Shown here in pieces: positions 1 through 8,834 of a DNA stretch of 64,000 bases. The position numbers were made by a program, and so were the translations under genes. Under the pieces are notes generated by a model. The model was given only the letters and a program-made list of their open reading frames with translations, was not told the DNA's origin and searched no databases. The first letter of the stretch is position 1; every line of letters starts with the position of its first letter. The DNA comes from Ostreococcus lucimarinus (lineage: Eukaryota), in assembly GCA_000092065.1 (NCBI GenBank), contig CP000585.1. One strand, given 5' to 3'.

Positions 1-3000
1 AGCCCAAGCTCGACACTAAACCGACGAGGTATCGATCGCTTATGGTGGCGTATAAAACCCCGTAATCTGAAGGCGGTAGCGTCGAGTCAATTCCACAGAA
101 ATCCGGCGCAGCGGTTGGGAAAGAGGGCGACGTCGGAGTCACTTCCCACAAATTCGCCGTCGGCGTCGATCCTAGCGTCATGTTTAAGCCGATGTACGCC
201 GACGTGTTGAAATCCAAGATCTCGACCATGGTCTCAGGTGTGAGATGAAAGCCGCGCGGTATCACGTTTGCGAACTGGATACTCCCTTGACCGTTGGTGA
301 TGACGCCGGCGAGCGCGGCGCAATGCGCGTTGGTGAGCGTCGCCACCAAGTCTTGCGAAACCGTCTTCGCCTTCAGCGGGCCGAGTCTAGTGAACTCCGT
401 CGTGATAGTCATCTTGGCCGTGCACGTGGATGCTGCTGCTGCTGTGTTGAGCGACTGTGCGAGAGCTAGTTTCGAACTTTGCGGCAAAATCCAAGCGCTT
501 TGAGAATACTTTGGAAACCGCACGCAGTCGGAGTCAATGCTGCGAAAGGAAAGACCTCTGAGAAGTTCTGACTTCATTGCCTCTTGCGAGATCGAAGACA
601 TCCCGTAACCGGTCGCGAACCCAGAGTATATCCTGTGACGCTCCGTCTTTTCATCCGCGTAGAAGTCTAATTGCACCTGCATCGTCGCAGCTTCTATTCT
701 GTTGCTCGTCAACGCCGGATTGAATGTGCTAAAGATGAAAATCGGCCCGGTGAGCAACAGCATGATGATGGCGATGATGCCGCCGCCGAGTAGAATCTTA
801 AGGGGCCAAGGCACAGGTTTTGCTCCGCTGTAATACTGGCGTCTGTTCCGTCTCCACGAGATGAGCATGTCCGTTTTGTGCAACAGGTAGTAAAGCGTCT
901 CGTACCGGAACCACATGACGTAATCTATGCTCGTGTCGCACACGACCCAGTCCAAAAGAGTTCGTATTTCGAACAAGAATGGCAACGTGTTGATGAGGTT
1001 GTACACGAATCGTCCTACAGGGGTATTCCCGAAACGCATGAGGACGATTTTGAACTGATACCCCTCCCTAAAACCTTCTCGAAGTTGCAACGCGCTGACG
1101 ATGAATTGGAAGAGCATCAAAACCGTAAACGCCTTGAGATGCGAGTTATGTCGCGGAGACACGAATGAACGCGTGTCCAGTAACGGAAGGAAAATGAAAA
1201 CCAGTGAGACGTATAGCACGACTTGTGCAAAGTGCAAGTAGAACTTCAACTTGATGTTCTGCGAAAGATACACCAAGCGCATCACAATTATCCACATCAC
1301 AGACGACACGATGGAAATCGTCAGTCCCGTTCCAAAGGACTCCGTCGAACTCAGCGCCGTGCCAGACTCGAAGACTAAGTTACGGTAACCCGTGACAAAC
1401 CAACAAGTAATGATTAATTGTAAGAAAATCTCCAAGGAGTAAAGGTCGACGCCCGGTTTGCCGACATTCCTTTTCGGCATTTTGGCGGAATTGCTAAGAC
1501 AAATCTGCGTCACCAATTCTCTGAAACGAGTTTGTGCAACGTGTATACCCCTAGTGAAGAGGCCGAACGTCCTCATATACGCCCTTCTCCGTTCACGTCG
1601 TCTCAAAGCACGAGTGCGTTCCTTACTAGTGCGTCCTTCTAGATGGTGCGTCTCGACTTGCCGTGTTTTTCCTGTCGCGACATCCTCAAGCGGCGGCGAC
1701 GTCAACGCCGCCAAGTCGATGTCGTCCTTGAATTCACCAGCATGGTACGTCTGATAATCTTCTCGAGGAGCTAGCGGGATGGCATCGCGCCTCGTGCATT
1801 GACCCAAACTATGCATGTGTGACATGTGTAAGACGAGCGTGACAATGAGAAATATGTCTGTCCAGACTTCATCGCGAACCAAATTTCGAGCGCGTGGGAC
1901 GGTGAGAAGAGTCGCACTCAACGTGCTAAACTCACTGTCCGCGGCCGGGTCATACAACGTCATCGTCGGACAATACGGTTGCGCACTGATGTACCACTTG
2001 TTGCGGTTGTCAAACTTTGCGTTCGCATCAAGTTCCATGCAGAACGCCTTGCTTCGGAGCAAAATCCGTGCGTAAAAGCACGCGACGGAATACCAGAAGA
2101 TGAAACGCCACATCTCCGGCAGTGGCTGCGGATTCCACATCGCCGCGAACGCCAAAATGAAGATCACGAGACATGCACTCATCAAATCGACGTGATCGAT
2201 GAAGTTACACACCAAAGCGATGTACAACAAGCGCTCGCTTTGAGAATAGATGATCTTTCCGAAGCCGGTAATGATATTCGCGCCGCCCCAGTCTCCTTTT
2301 CGAGTCCACTCGCTTTCGCCGCCTTTGTCGTTGGGCAACGGATATAGCGCGGGATCGAGCAAGTAAGCGGCAGAATTTCTCGCAGCGTGGACAACCTTGG
2401 CAACGCCATTTATCAACTTGTCTTTGCCCGATAAAACCTCTTCACCTTCCTCGTCGTCTTGCGGCATTGGCATGGTGACGACGTCGGATGGCTCTGACGG
2501 AGGTCCGTAACCAATCGACCTTGAACACGATTGCACGGTGAAGGAGTAGCTCATACCCGGAGTTAGACCAGAGATCACATGTGATGACGGTGCCCGTGAC
2601 TCTGCATCAACGTCCACTTTCACTGGGTTCACGTGATGTGGAAATATCGTTGTCCGCGGCGAACGCTCGCGCTTTATAGTGAATTGTTCGATGTCGTCAG
2701 TCGAGCCGCGCATCTTCCACTTCACCTCGACGGTGGTTGAGTTTTGTGCCCGCACAGTGACATGTTCAGGAACATATTTTTCCGCCGCCGTCTCTTCGTC
2801 GATTGTGTGCCTGAACTTTTGGAAATGAGTCCATTCAGACGCTTGCAAGGCGCTCGCTCGAACTTTGTCGGTGATCATTTTGTACTCTTCATCAATCTCC
2901 TGTTGAATCTTTGCTCGCCATCCAAGAATGTATTTGCGATACAAGATGGAACGGCGAGCACGCTTGTCCATTGCGTTTTTTTCTAATCGCAAGACTTCAC

Positions 3001-6000
3001 GGACGTATCGTTCGTTGGAGAAAAGTTGCGCTTGAACCGAGCAAAGAATGAATAGCGCGACGTCGACGCCTATGGAACCAGAGCTGTAACCCAACACAGA
3101 CACACAGTCTGCAGCGAGCATGGTAGCGTCACACGCCGAGCCGAGTTTACGGACACCGAACAAGGAGTTAATTGTTTCGCACATGCGCGTACCCACAACA
3201 CATGACCCAAGTCGCGCAGTGCGACCATTGAGAAGTATCGGCTTGATATAGGGGATCTGATACACAAGTTTCGCCGCGAGGACGGTGAAGACGTACACGG
3301 GCAAGAGACGGAACAACTCGCCATTCCACCATTTGTGGGCGCGACTCGGGAATATTCGAGTGTTTATTCGCAACTCATTGAAGCGCATCGAAAACAAAAT
3401 CGTGATTCCCGCATAGCACAGTGATATGAAATCACTATCGTGCTGCGCCACGGCAGCCGTCGTAGTGAGAATAACGATGACCAAAAGTAGATACTTGTAG
3501 AAGAACTTCAAGAAGAATTGACCCATGATCTCTTCAATTCTCCGTCGCACAGTCGTTCGTCGCTCGTGAATCGCCATCGAAGCGATTTGGCTGAAAGTGT
3601 AGTGCTCTTGAATGACTTGCAATTCTTCCTTAATTGAAACTTGCCTCGATAGATTTCGATTCGTCCAATTGGCGCGCTTCATTTCTTCCCTTTGAAGGTC
3701 TGCGTCCACGCTCGGAACGTACTCTTGGAGTTGCACGTTTACCGCGTCCCATCGCTTTATTTTGTCATCGTAGGAAAGTTCTGATGTTTCATCGAGCTTG
3801 CGCCGTTCTGCGAGGCGAGTATTGACTTTGTTTGCGAGAGATGTAAACGCCTCTGACTGCACCCACTCGCTACCCATCTTTTGGCCTTTCGCTTTCACGT
3901 AGCCGCGCATCCATGCCGTGCGGACGTCGTCCCGAACCATGTTTTTGTGTCCTTTTCGCACGTAATGTCCCACGAGTAACATCACGAGGATGTCAGATAT
4001 TATTTCGTACTCATGTACAAAAACTGGCCTCGAGTTGCAATCCAAATACGCTGACGGCGCAGGCGCTGCGGCAGCGGAGGACGGACAGTCCCAAATATCG
4101 AGCCAAAACCGTTTTTCAGGGCACGTCTCACAGTAATTTGTATTGAGCCAACTCGGCGGCAGGCGCAAGGCGGCCATGATGTGTATCGCCAAGATGGCGC
4201 CGATGATGAGAAGTATTGCGTAACCTTGAGACTGAAATCTCACAACTCCTGCGCGATTGTTGAAGGCCAAAAAGTATCCAAGGATGATGATATATATAGA
4301 ACTCGTCACATCTGATTTTAAGAAGGCATTGATCAGTAACACGGCCATCGCGAGCAGATACTTCAAGCTCGCGAGCTGCTCAATCGCGGAATCTAGTGTC
4401 TCGAAGGTATTCTTGACATCCCACTTCACGAATCGATAAACCATCCTTATGACGATTGGGCGCCATCCGTACAGTGCGATTTTACTTTTGCTATGCTTCA
4501 AACTCCCGGCATTCACCTGTTTGACGAGATTGGCGAATATATCTTCTTCTGCGCGAATCGGCGTCTGCTGCACCATGGGGGACATGCCTTCATCCGTCGT
4601 GACGATTTTCTTCTTGCCCACTGGCGTTTCGATGTTTTTGTTTTTCATGCGCTCGGCGACGATGAGCAATTTCAACTTCTTTGCCACATCGCATCCCTGA
4701 ACTTCACCGCGAAGCTTTGCCCAATAACTCGCTCGCGGAACTGCGGTCGCCGTCGTCGATTTTGCTTTCCGTTGCACCTTGACATTGTGTCGTCTCTGCA
4801 AGAATCCGTGTAAAACGGCGAAAATGATCACCGCATAATGCGCTCCAAAAATGTACCAGTTTGTCGTAAAAGTCAAGCACGCTTGCGTCGGGAACTGGTT
4901 TGATGATGACGCCGCAACACTAGCATCCTGACAAAATGTCTTGGTGGAATCGAGAACGTAAGGCCACGCACAACAACTCGTGGTGGTTTGCAAGTCATCG
5001 CCGAGACGTGGATCGTAAAGTGAAATCAAGCCAAGCCAACTCCCCCAATTTTCGTTTACTAACGTGTTCAGCGATCCCGATTGGAAGATCGTCAAGAGCG
5101 TGAGCTGTTTGAACACGATGGAAATCGTCGCCAGTAGAGCCAAATAAAATCCGTAGTCATTCACCTCAGTGTGAATTGATACTGGCGCGGCATGATGATA
5201 GTCTGATTCCCTCAGGTGACGCCTGAACCACCCAGACGATCCAGATGGACTGCGCCTTGTCTGAATCGGCGGCGGCGTTATGTCGGCGGCCGTGATAACA
5301 TTGCTTCGTATCCGACGCATTCGGTTCAAGAATCGCCATGAATCCGTCAAAATTCTCATCGACGTTCCAATGACGCTAAAAGTTCCATACCGAAGCGGTA
5401 CGGGAGCCTTGCCGCGGATTGTTGGCACAGCGAGTTCTATGCATGCAAACATTATAACCACGACGTAGAGCATACTCACGACTTCGACTCGAAACGCCAC
5501 ACAGATTGTTGCCACGAGTAAAAGCAGCTCCATGGATACGCCGTGTAACGCGGATTCGAATTCATCACCTACCGAGTCTTTCACGTGCTTTAATACCGTA
5601 GCGGTAGCGTGATACAGAAAGATAGACGGACGCATGGTGTTGATGTCCTCGACCTTCGTCGACTCGGATTCCTTACTCATATCGAGACGACGAATCGGTG
5701 TTCCCTCAGGCAGCCCATCTTCGTACCAGTCACTGTCGTAATCTTCACTATCGCGCTGCAAACGCTCGTTAAGCCAGTAATACAACATCACGCACATGAC
5801 CAGTGTAAGGTAACGCGGCCACATGTACTTCCAAGAAAGGAGCGCCGGCGTCTGCAGTAAACCAAAGTCGAGCGGGGTGAGCTGTCGACTCAAACTACTC
5901 GGCCACGCGTCCATGAGACTACCGGCGACCTCTGGTATGTTATAGACGTACAAAAGCGAGATGTACACGTACTGAAATGCGATATAATACCAAAGCGTAT

Positions 6001-7081
6001 TTCGCAAACGCACCAGCCACTTATCTTGGAACTTCTTGGCGTCAACATCGGCGCCTCTCGTACCACTGAGGTTTCTCGCTGACGCCAGCATTCGCAAAAT
6101 GGTCACCAAAACTGTGACTATGTCCACAACTTGAATCATACTCATGGGCAATCCTCCAACGGTTGCTAAACCAGTGAACGTGATTGCGGCGGCTAAGATT
6201 GGAGCGTAGAGCAAAGGTCGATACCCTCCCACGCGGACTCTGAATCCCATCAGCTCTTGAAACTTGAATGAACTATCTATATCGCCGTGTGACACAGCCA
6301 AGGCGAAGCATGCGTTGGCCAACAGAGCGAAAATGAACCCAACAGTTTGCGCCGGTTTCATGCAACAAAGCCGTCCATTCCTACCCAAGGTCCAAAAGCC
6401 AAAGATGTTTGCGACTTTGGACGTTTCTAATTCCTGCGACGTCGCCCCGAGCGAAGTAAACACATACGACCCGAATATGATCAATCCCGTCAGGAATTGC
6501 ATTTTACCCGTGGTTGAAATTGCGTGCTCAAGTCGCGTCAAACGTGACGTGCGTGGATCACCGCGCCCGCCGACGAAACGCGTGTGCACCGCGACGAAGA
6601 GGAGAAACTGCAACACTCCGTTTGCCGAGTATCCCACGACGCCGCAACAAATGAAACCGAGCAGACGCCACCATTTCTGTATCGTATTCCGCAAATCTTC
6701 CTCTGTCAGCCCGACGACGAACATCAAACCTCGTCGCAAGTACTTCGCAATCGCTGTGGTTCTTCTCGACCCGCCAGCCTCCAAATGAGCCAACTCTCGT
6801 CTCAATTCGCCTCGCGCCCACAGCGACGTCAAAGCCACGAACGCATCCGGAATGAGCGAACGCGTGCCGACCGTCGCTTCATCGAACTTTTGCAACCCGA
6901 ACACTTCCAGCCATTTCGTTGGGACTCGTTCCGCCCCGATCGCGGCGTACGACGTTTGAAAAACGACCTGCACGAACAAAAATCCTCCGGCGACGAACGT
7001 CGTAAACGTCACCGCCTTTGTCGACCGTAACACCGCCCTCGCCACCGGTCGCGTCGACGCGCACAGCGCGAGGTAACACAT
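1..7081 (-). CDS. Piezo-type mechanosensitive ion channel homolog. The C-terminus is truncated by the left window edge. The gene appears intronless and is about 2360 codons long in the window.
   Basis: The minus-strand frame (codon high coordinate = 1 mod 3) is continuously open. It starts at ATG 7081-7079, just after an in-frame TAG at 7102-7100, and runs down to position 2 with no stop. It was hand-translated in full over 2-601 and spot-checked near 982, 2578, 3002-3061, 5821-6000 and 7021-7129. It encodes many hydrophobic helices. The Piezo anchor hallmark PFLFEIRTLLDW = PF(X2)E(X6)W lies at 947-982. It is followed by WVVCDTSIDY...KPVPWPLKILLGGGIIAIIMLLLTGPIFIF (outer-helix-like) and then a cap-like domain that runs off the window. 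The track lists no competing ORF of 60 aa or more here in either the minus phase or the plus phase antisense to it over most of 500-7100. The gene itself is absent from the supplied track. Confidence 0.8.
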   Translation of the reverse strand, partial: MCYLALCASTRPVARAVLRSTKAVTFTTFVAGGFLFVQVVFQTSYAAIGAERVPTKWLEVFGLQKFDEATVGTRSLIPDAFVALTSLWARGELRRELAHLEAGGSRRTTAIAKYLRRGLMFVVGLTEEDLRNTIQKWWRLLGFICCGVVGYSANGVLQFLLFVAVHTRFVGGRGDPRTSRLTRLEHAISTTGKMQFLTGLIIFGSYVFTSLGATSQELETSKVANIFGFWTLGRNGRLCCMKPAQTVGFIFALLANACFALAVSHGDIDSSFKFQELMGFRVRVGGYRPLLYAPILAAAITFTGLATVGGLPMSMIQVVDIVTVLVTILRMLASARNLSGTRGADVDAKKFQDKWLVRLRNTLWYYIAFQYVYISLLYVYNIPEVAGSLMDAWPSSLSRQLTPLDFGLLQTPALLSWKYMWPRYLTLVMCVMLYYWLNERLQRDSEDYDSDWYEDGLPEGTPIRRLDMSKESESTKVEDINTMRPSIFLYHATATVLKHVKDSVGDEFESALHGVSMELLLLVATICVAFRVEVVSMLYVVVIMFACIELAVPTIRGKAPVPLRYGTFSVIGTSMRILTDSWRFLNRMRRIRSNVITAADITPPPIQTRRSPSGSSGWFRRHLRESDYHHAAPVSIHTEVNDYGFYLALLATISIVFKQLTLLTIFQSGSLNTLVNENWGSWLGLISLYDPRLGDDLQTTTSCCAWPYVLDSTKTFCQDASVAASSSNQFPTQACLTFTTNWYIFGAHYAVIIFAVLHGFLQRRHNVKVQRKAKSTTATAVPRASYWAKLRGEVQGCDVAKKLKLLIVAERMKNKNIETPVGKKKIVTTDEGMSPMVQQTPIRAEEDIFANLVKQVNAGSLKHSKSKIALYGWRPIVIRMVYRFVKWDVKNTFETLDSAIEQLASLKYLLAMAVLLINAFLKSDVTSSIYIIILGYFLAFNNRAGVVRFQSQGYAILLIIGAILAIHIMAALRLPPSWLNTNYCETCPEKRFWLDIWDCPSSAAAAPAPSAYLDCNSRPVFVHEYEIISDILVMLLVGHYVRKGHKNMVRDDVRTAWMRGYVKAKGQKMGSEWVQSEAFTSLANKVNTRLAERRKLDETSELSYDDKIKRWDAVNVQLQEYVPSVDADLQREEMKRANWTNRNLSRQVSIKEELQVIQEHYTFSQIASMAIHERRTTVRRRIEEIMGQFFLKFFYKYLLLVIVILTTTAAVAQHDSDFISLCYAGITILFSMRFNELRINTRIFPSRAHKWWNGELFRLLPVYVFTVLAAKLVYQIPYIKPILLNGRTARLGSCVVGTRMCETINSLFGVRKLGSACDATMLAADCVSVLGYSSGSIGVDVALFILCSVQAQLFSNERYVREVLRLEKNAMDKRARRSILYRKYILGWRAKIQQEIDEEYKMITDKVRASALQASEWTHFQKFRHTIDEETAAEKYVPEHVTVRAQNSTTVEVKWKMRGSTDDIEQFTIKRERSPRTTIFPHHVNPVKVDVDAESRAPSSHVISGLTPGMSYSFTVQSCSRSIGYGPPSEPSDVVTMPMPQDDEEGEEVLSGKDKLINGVAKVVHAARNSAAYLLDPALYPLPNDKGGESEWTRKGDWGGANIITGFGKIIYSQSERLLYIALVCNFIDHVDLMSACLVIFILAFAAMWNPQPLPEMWRFIFWYSVACFYARILLRSKAFCMELDANAKFDNRNKWYISAQPYCPTMTLYDPAADSEFSTLSATLLTVPRARNLVRDEVWTDIFLIVTLVLHMSHMHSLGQCTRRDAIPLAPREDYQTYHAGEFKDDIDLAALTSPPLEDVATGKTRQVETHHLEGRTSKERTRALRRRERRRAYMRTFGLFTRGIHVAQTRFRELVTQICLSNSAKMPKRNVGKPGVDLYSLEIFLQLIITCWFVTGYRNLVFESGTALSSTESFGTGLTISIVSSVMWIIVMRLVYLSQNIKLKFYLHFAQVVLYVSLVFIFLPLLDTRSFVSPRHNSHLKAFTVLMLFQFIVSALQLREGFREGYQFKIVLMRFGNTPVGRFVYNLINTLPFLFEIRTLLDWVVCDTSIDYVMWFRYETLYYLLHKTDMLISWRRNRRQYYSGAKPVPWPLKILLGGGIIAIIMLLLTGPIFIFSTFNPALTSNRIEAATMQVQLDFYADEKTERHRIYSGFATGYGMSSISQEAMKSELLRGLSFRSIDSDCVRFPKYSQSAWILPQSSKLALAQSLNTAAAASTCTAKMTITTEFTRLGPLKAKTVSQDLVATLTNAHCAALAGVITNGQGSIQFANVIPRGFHLTPETMVEILDFNTSAYIGLNMTLGSTPTANLWEVTPTSPSFPTAAPDFCGIDSTLPPSDYGVLYATISDRYLVGLVSSLG
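2520..2810 (-). other. Fibronectin type III-like module embedded in the Piezo homolog
   Basis: The translation is ...PEHVTVRAQNSTTVEVKWKMRGSTDDIEQFTIKRERSPRTTIFPHHVNPVKVDVDAESRAPSSHVISGLTPGMSYSFTVQSCSRSIGYGPPSEPSDVV. This is the classic FN3 pattern of W, Y-x-V, LxPGxxYxFxV and a GxGxxS tail. The segment VISGLTPGMSYSFTVQSCS was verified at 2521-2580. Confidence 0.5.
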
Positions 7082-7147
7082 AATGTAACAACACGACACC
7101 TACATCGCGGCATCGCCATTCATCAGTCTTTCACTCTTCGCTCGCGA

Positions 7148-7204
7148 ATTGTTCGCGTTCGCGTTCGCGTTCGCGTTCGCGTTCGCGTTCGCGTTCGCGT
7201 TCAT
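7148..7204. repeat. (GTTCGC)n hexanucleotide microsatellite, about 9 copies
   Basis: Read directly as gttcgcgttcgcgttcgc.... It lies in the putative Piezo 5' flank. Its translation gives the FAFAFAFA artefact ORF 7149..7622. Confidence 0.9.
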
Positions 7205-7578
7205 ACCAAATCACACCGCGCCGTCGACGCCGCGATCAGCGCCGCGCCGTGCACCGCCCTCGACATCGCCATCAGCGCGTCCGCGTCGGACAGCGACACC
7301 GATGCGTCGTCATCGGCTCCATCGTCGTCGGCTCCATCGTCGAAACTCAAACTTTTATTCGTCGTCGTCGCTCGATCCGCGCGCGACGACGACGCGCGCA
7401 TCGACGACGCGACGCGCGCCAACATGGTACTTTCGCGCTCGCCCCGCGCGCCGCGCTCGCGCGCGCGCGTGTGCGGCGCTTTCGAAAGATGACGAGTTAG
7501 TTGGTTGGGTGAAAAAGGAATTTCAAACTCTGGAGCGACAAAACGCGAATACAGTTACAACAACAAAGATGATAAATA

Positions 7579-8748
7579 TTAGCGACTGGACGACGCGCGC
7601 GCGGCGGCGAGCGCGGAGGTGAACCATGAATGGGTGTCGATGCGCACGATGCCGGCGTCGGCGACGTTGGAGGCGTCGAGGGTGACGAAACTGCCCTCGG
7701 CGGCGGCGGCGACTTTGCGAGCGACTTCGTCGGCGGAACCGTGGACGAGACGCGCGCGAGCGGTCGGTGGCGCTGATTTTACGCCCTCGACGCCGTCAGC
7801 GGAGGGAAGTTGGACGATATCGTCGACGATCGCGTCGCGGTAGACGCCGATGACGTGTGGTTGGGGAGAGAAGCCGCTCGGAAAGGAGGCGTCGATGCCT
7901 CCGCCTCGAGAATTGACGTGCGCGATGTGCACGCGCTCGGCGAATTTGACAGACACGTCGCCGCCGCCTGAATCGATACCGATCATTTCTTCACCCGCAC
8001 CCTCTAAACTTCCGATGGAAACGGCGCCACCACTCGTGCGCACGAGACCGAATTCACCCACGCGTAGACTCTTCGCCGTCGCGTCGCCGCCGCCGGTGTT
8101 GACGTTCACTTTATCCCCAAAAACCGCCTCAGCGTGAAACTTCCCTTCTGGTTCGGTGTCTACGTACACCACCGACCCAACAAACTTACCGCGCATCGTC
8201 ACGTCCCCCCCCGCGGTGCGCACTCTGGAATCCGCGCTCACCGATCCTCGCGCGCGCACCGCGCCTCCGCTCGTATCCAGGTCCATCGTCGACCCTTTGA
8301 TCGTCCCCAATTCCACGTCCCCGCCGTTCGTGCGCACTTTCACCCCCGCCTCGACGACCGATTCCACCGAAATCGTCGAATTCTCCCCCCTCAACCGCGC
8401 GTCGACGCCGCAAAATCTCGGCGGTATCCTCGCCCGCACCGCCGCGCGCGTCCCGTCCCTCGCCCCCGTCCTCGCGTCCCGCACCAGCACCACCTCCCCT
8501 CGCCCGCCGTCGCCTCGCGCGCGCGTGATCTCGAACTCGGCGTCGTGCGCGTCGTCCGCGATCTCGATCTCGATGCGCTCCGTCGCCGACGCGTGCGGCG
8601 CGACGACGACGTCCACGCGCGCGCGTTCGCTGTCGAACGCCACCGTCGCGCCCGGCGCGACGCCGTCGAACGTCGTCGTCGCGTGCGTCGCCGCGCGCGC
8701 GAACGGCGCCGACCGCAGCGTCGCGCGCGCGCGCGCGAGTCGACGCAT
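7579..8748 (-). CDS. Hypothetical protein with reiterated G-G-D/GGxV beta-strand repeats (DUF4097 / putative-adhesin-like beta-helix). The N-terminus is Arg/Ala-rich and presequence-like.
   Basis: 389-aa ORF. It has periodic motifs TNGGDVELG, TSGGAVRARG, TAGGDVTMRG, NTGGGDATAK, TSGGAVSIG, DSGGGDVSVK and NSRGGGIDASF. Three long overlapping ORFs (8134..8925 +, 8156..8977 +, 8186..9193 -) are low-complexity R/A/S-rich and are judged GC artefacts. Confidence 0.45.
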   Translation of the reverse strand: MRRLARARATLRSAPFARAATHATTTFDGVAPGATVAFDSERARVDVVVAPHASATERIEIEIADDAHDAEFEITRARGDGGRGEVVLVRDARTGARDGTRAAVRARIPPRFCGVDARLRGENSTISVESVVEAGVKVRTNGGDVELGTIKGSTMDLDTSGGAVRARGSVSADSRVRTAGGDVTMRGKFVGSVVYVDTEPEGKFHAEAVFGDKVNVNTGGGDATAKSLRVGEFGLVRTSGGAVSIGSLEGAGEEMIGIDSGGGDVSVKFAERVHIAHVNSRGGGIDASFPSGFSPQPHVIGVYRDAIVDDIVQLPSADGVEGVKSAPPTARARLVHGSADEVARKVAAAAEGSFVTLDASNVADAGIVRIDTHSWFTSALAAARASSSR

Positions 8749-8834
8749 CGCGCGCGACGTCGCGCGCGCGGAGTGGCGACGCGCGACAGAGGGCGACGCG
8801 CGCGAAACGAATTCGCGACGCGTTCGATCGCGCG

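Noticed and set aside
7149-7622. ORF starting MFAFAFAFAFAFAFAF
   Set aside because: It is a translation of the (GTTCGC)n microsatellite with a TTG pseudo-start, in the intergenic region upstream of Piezo.
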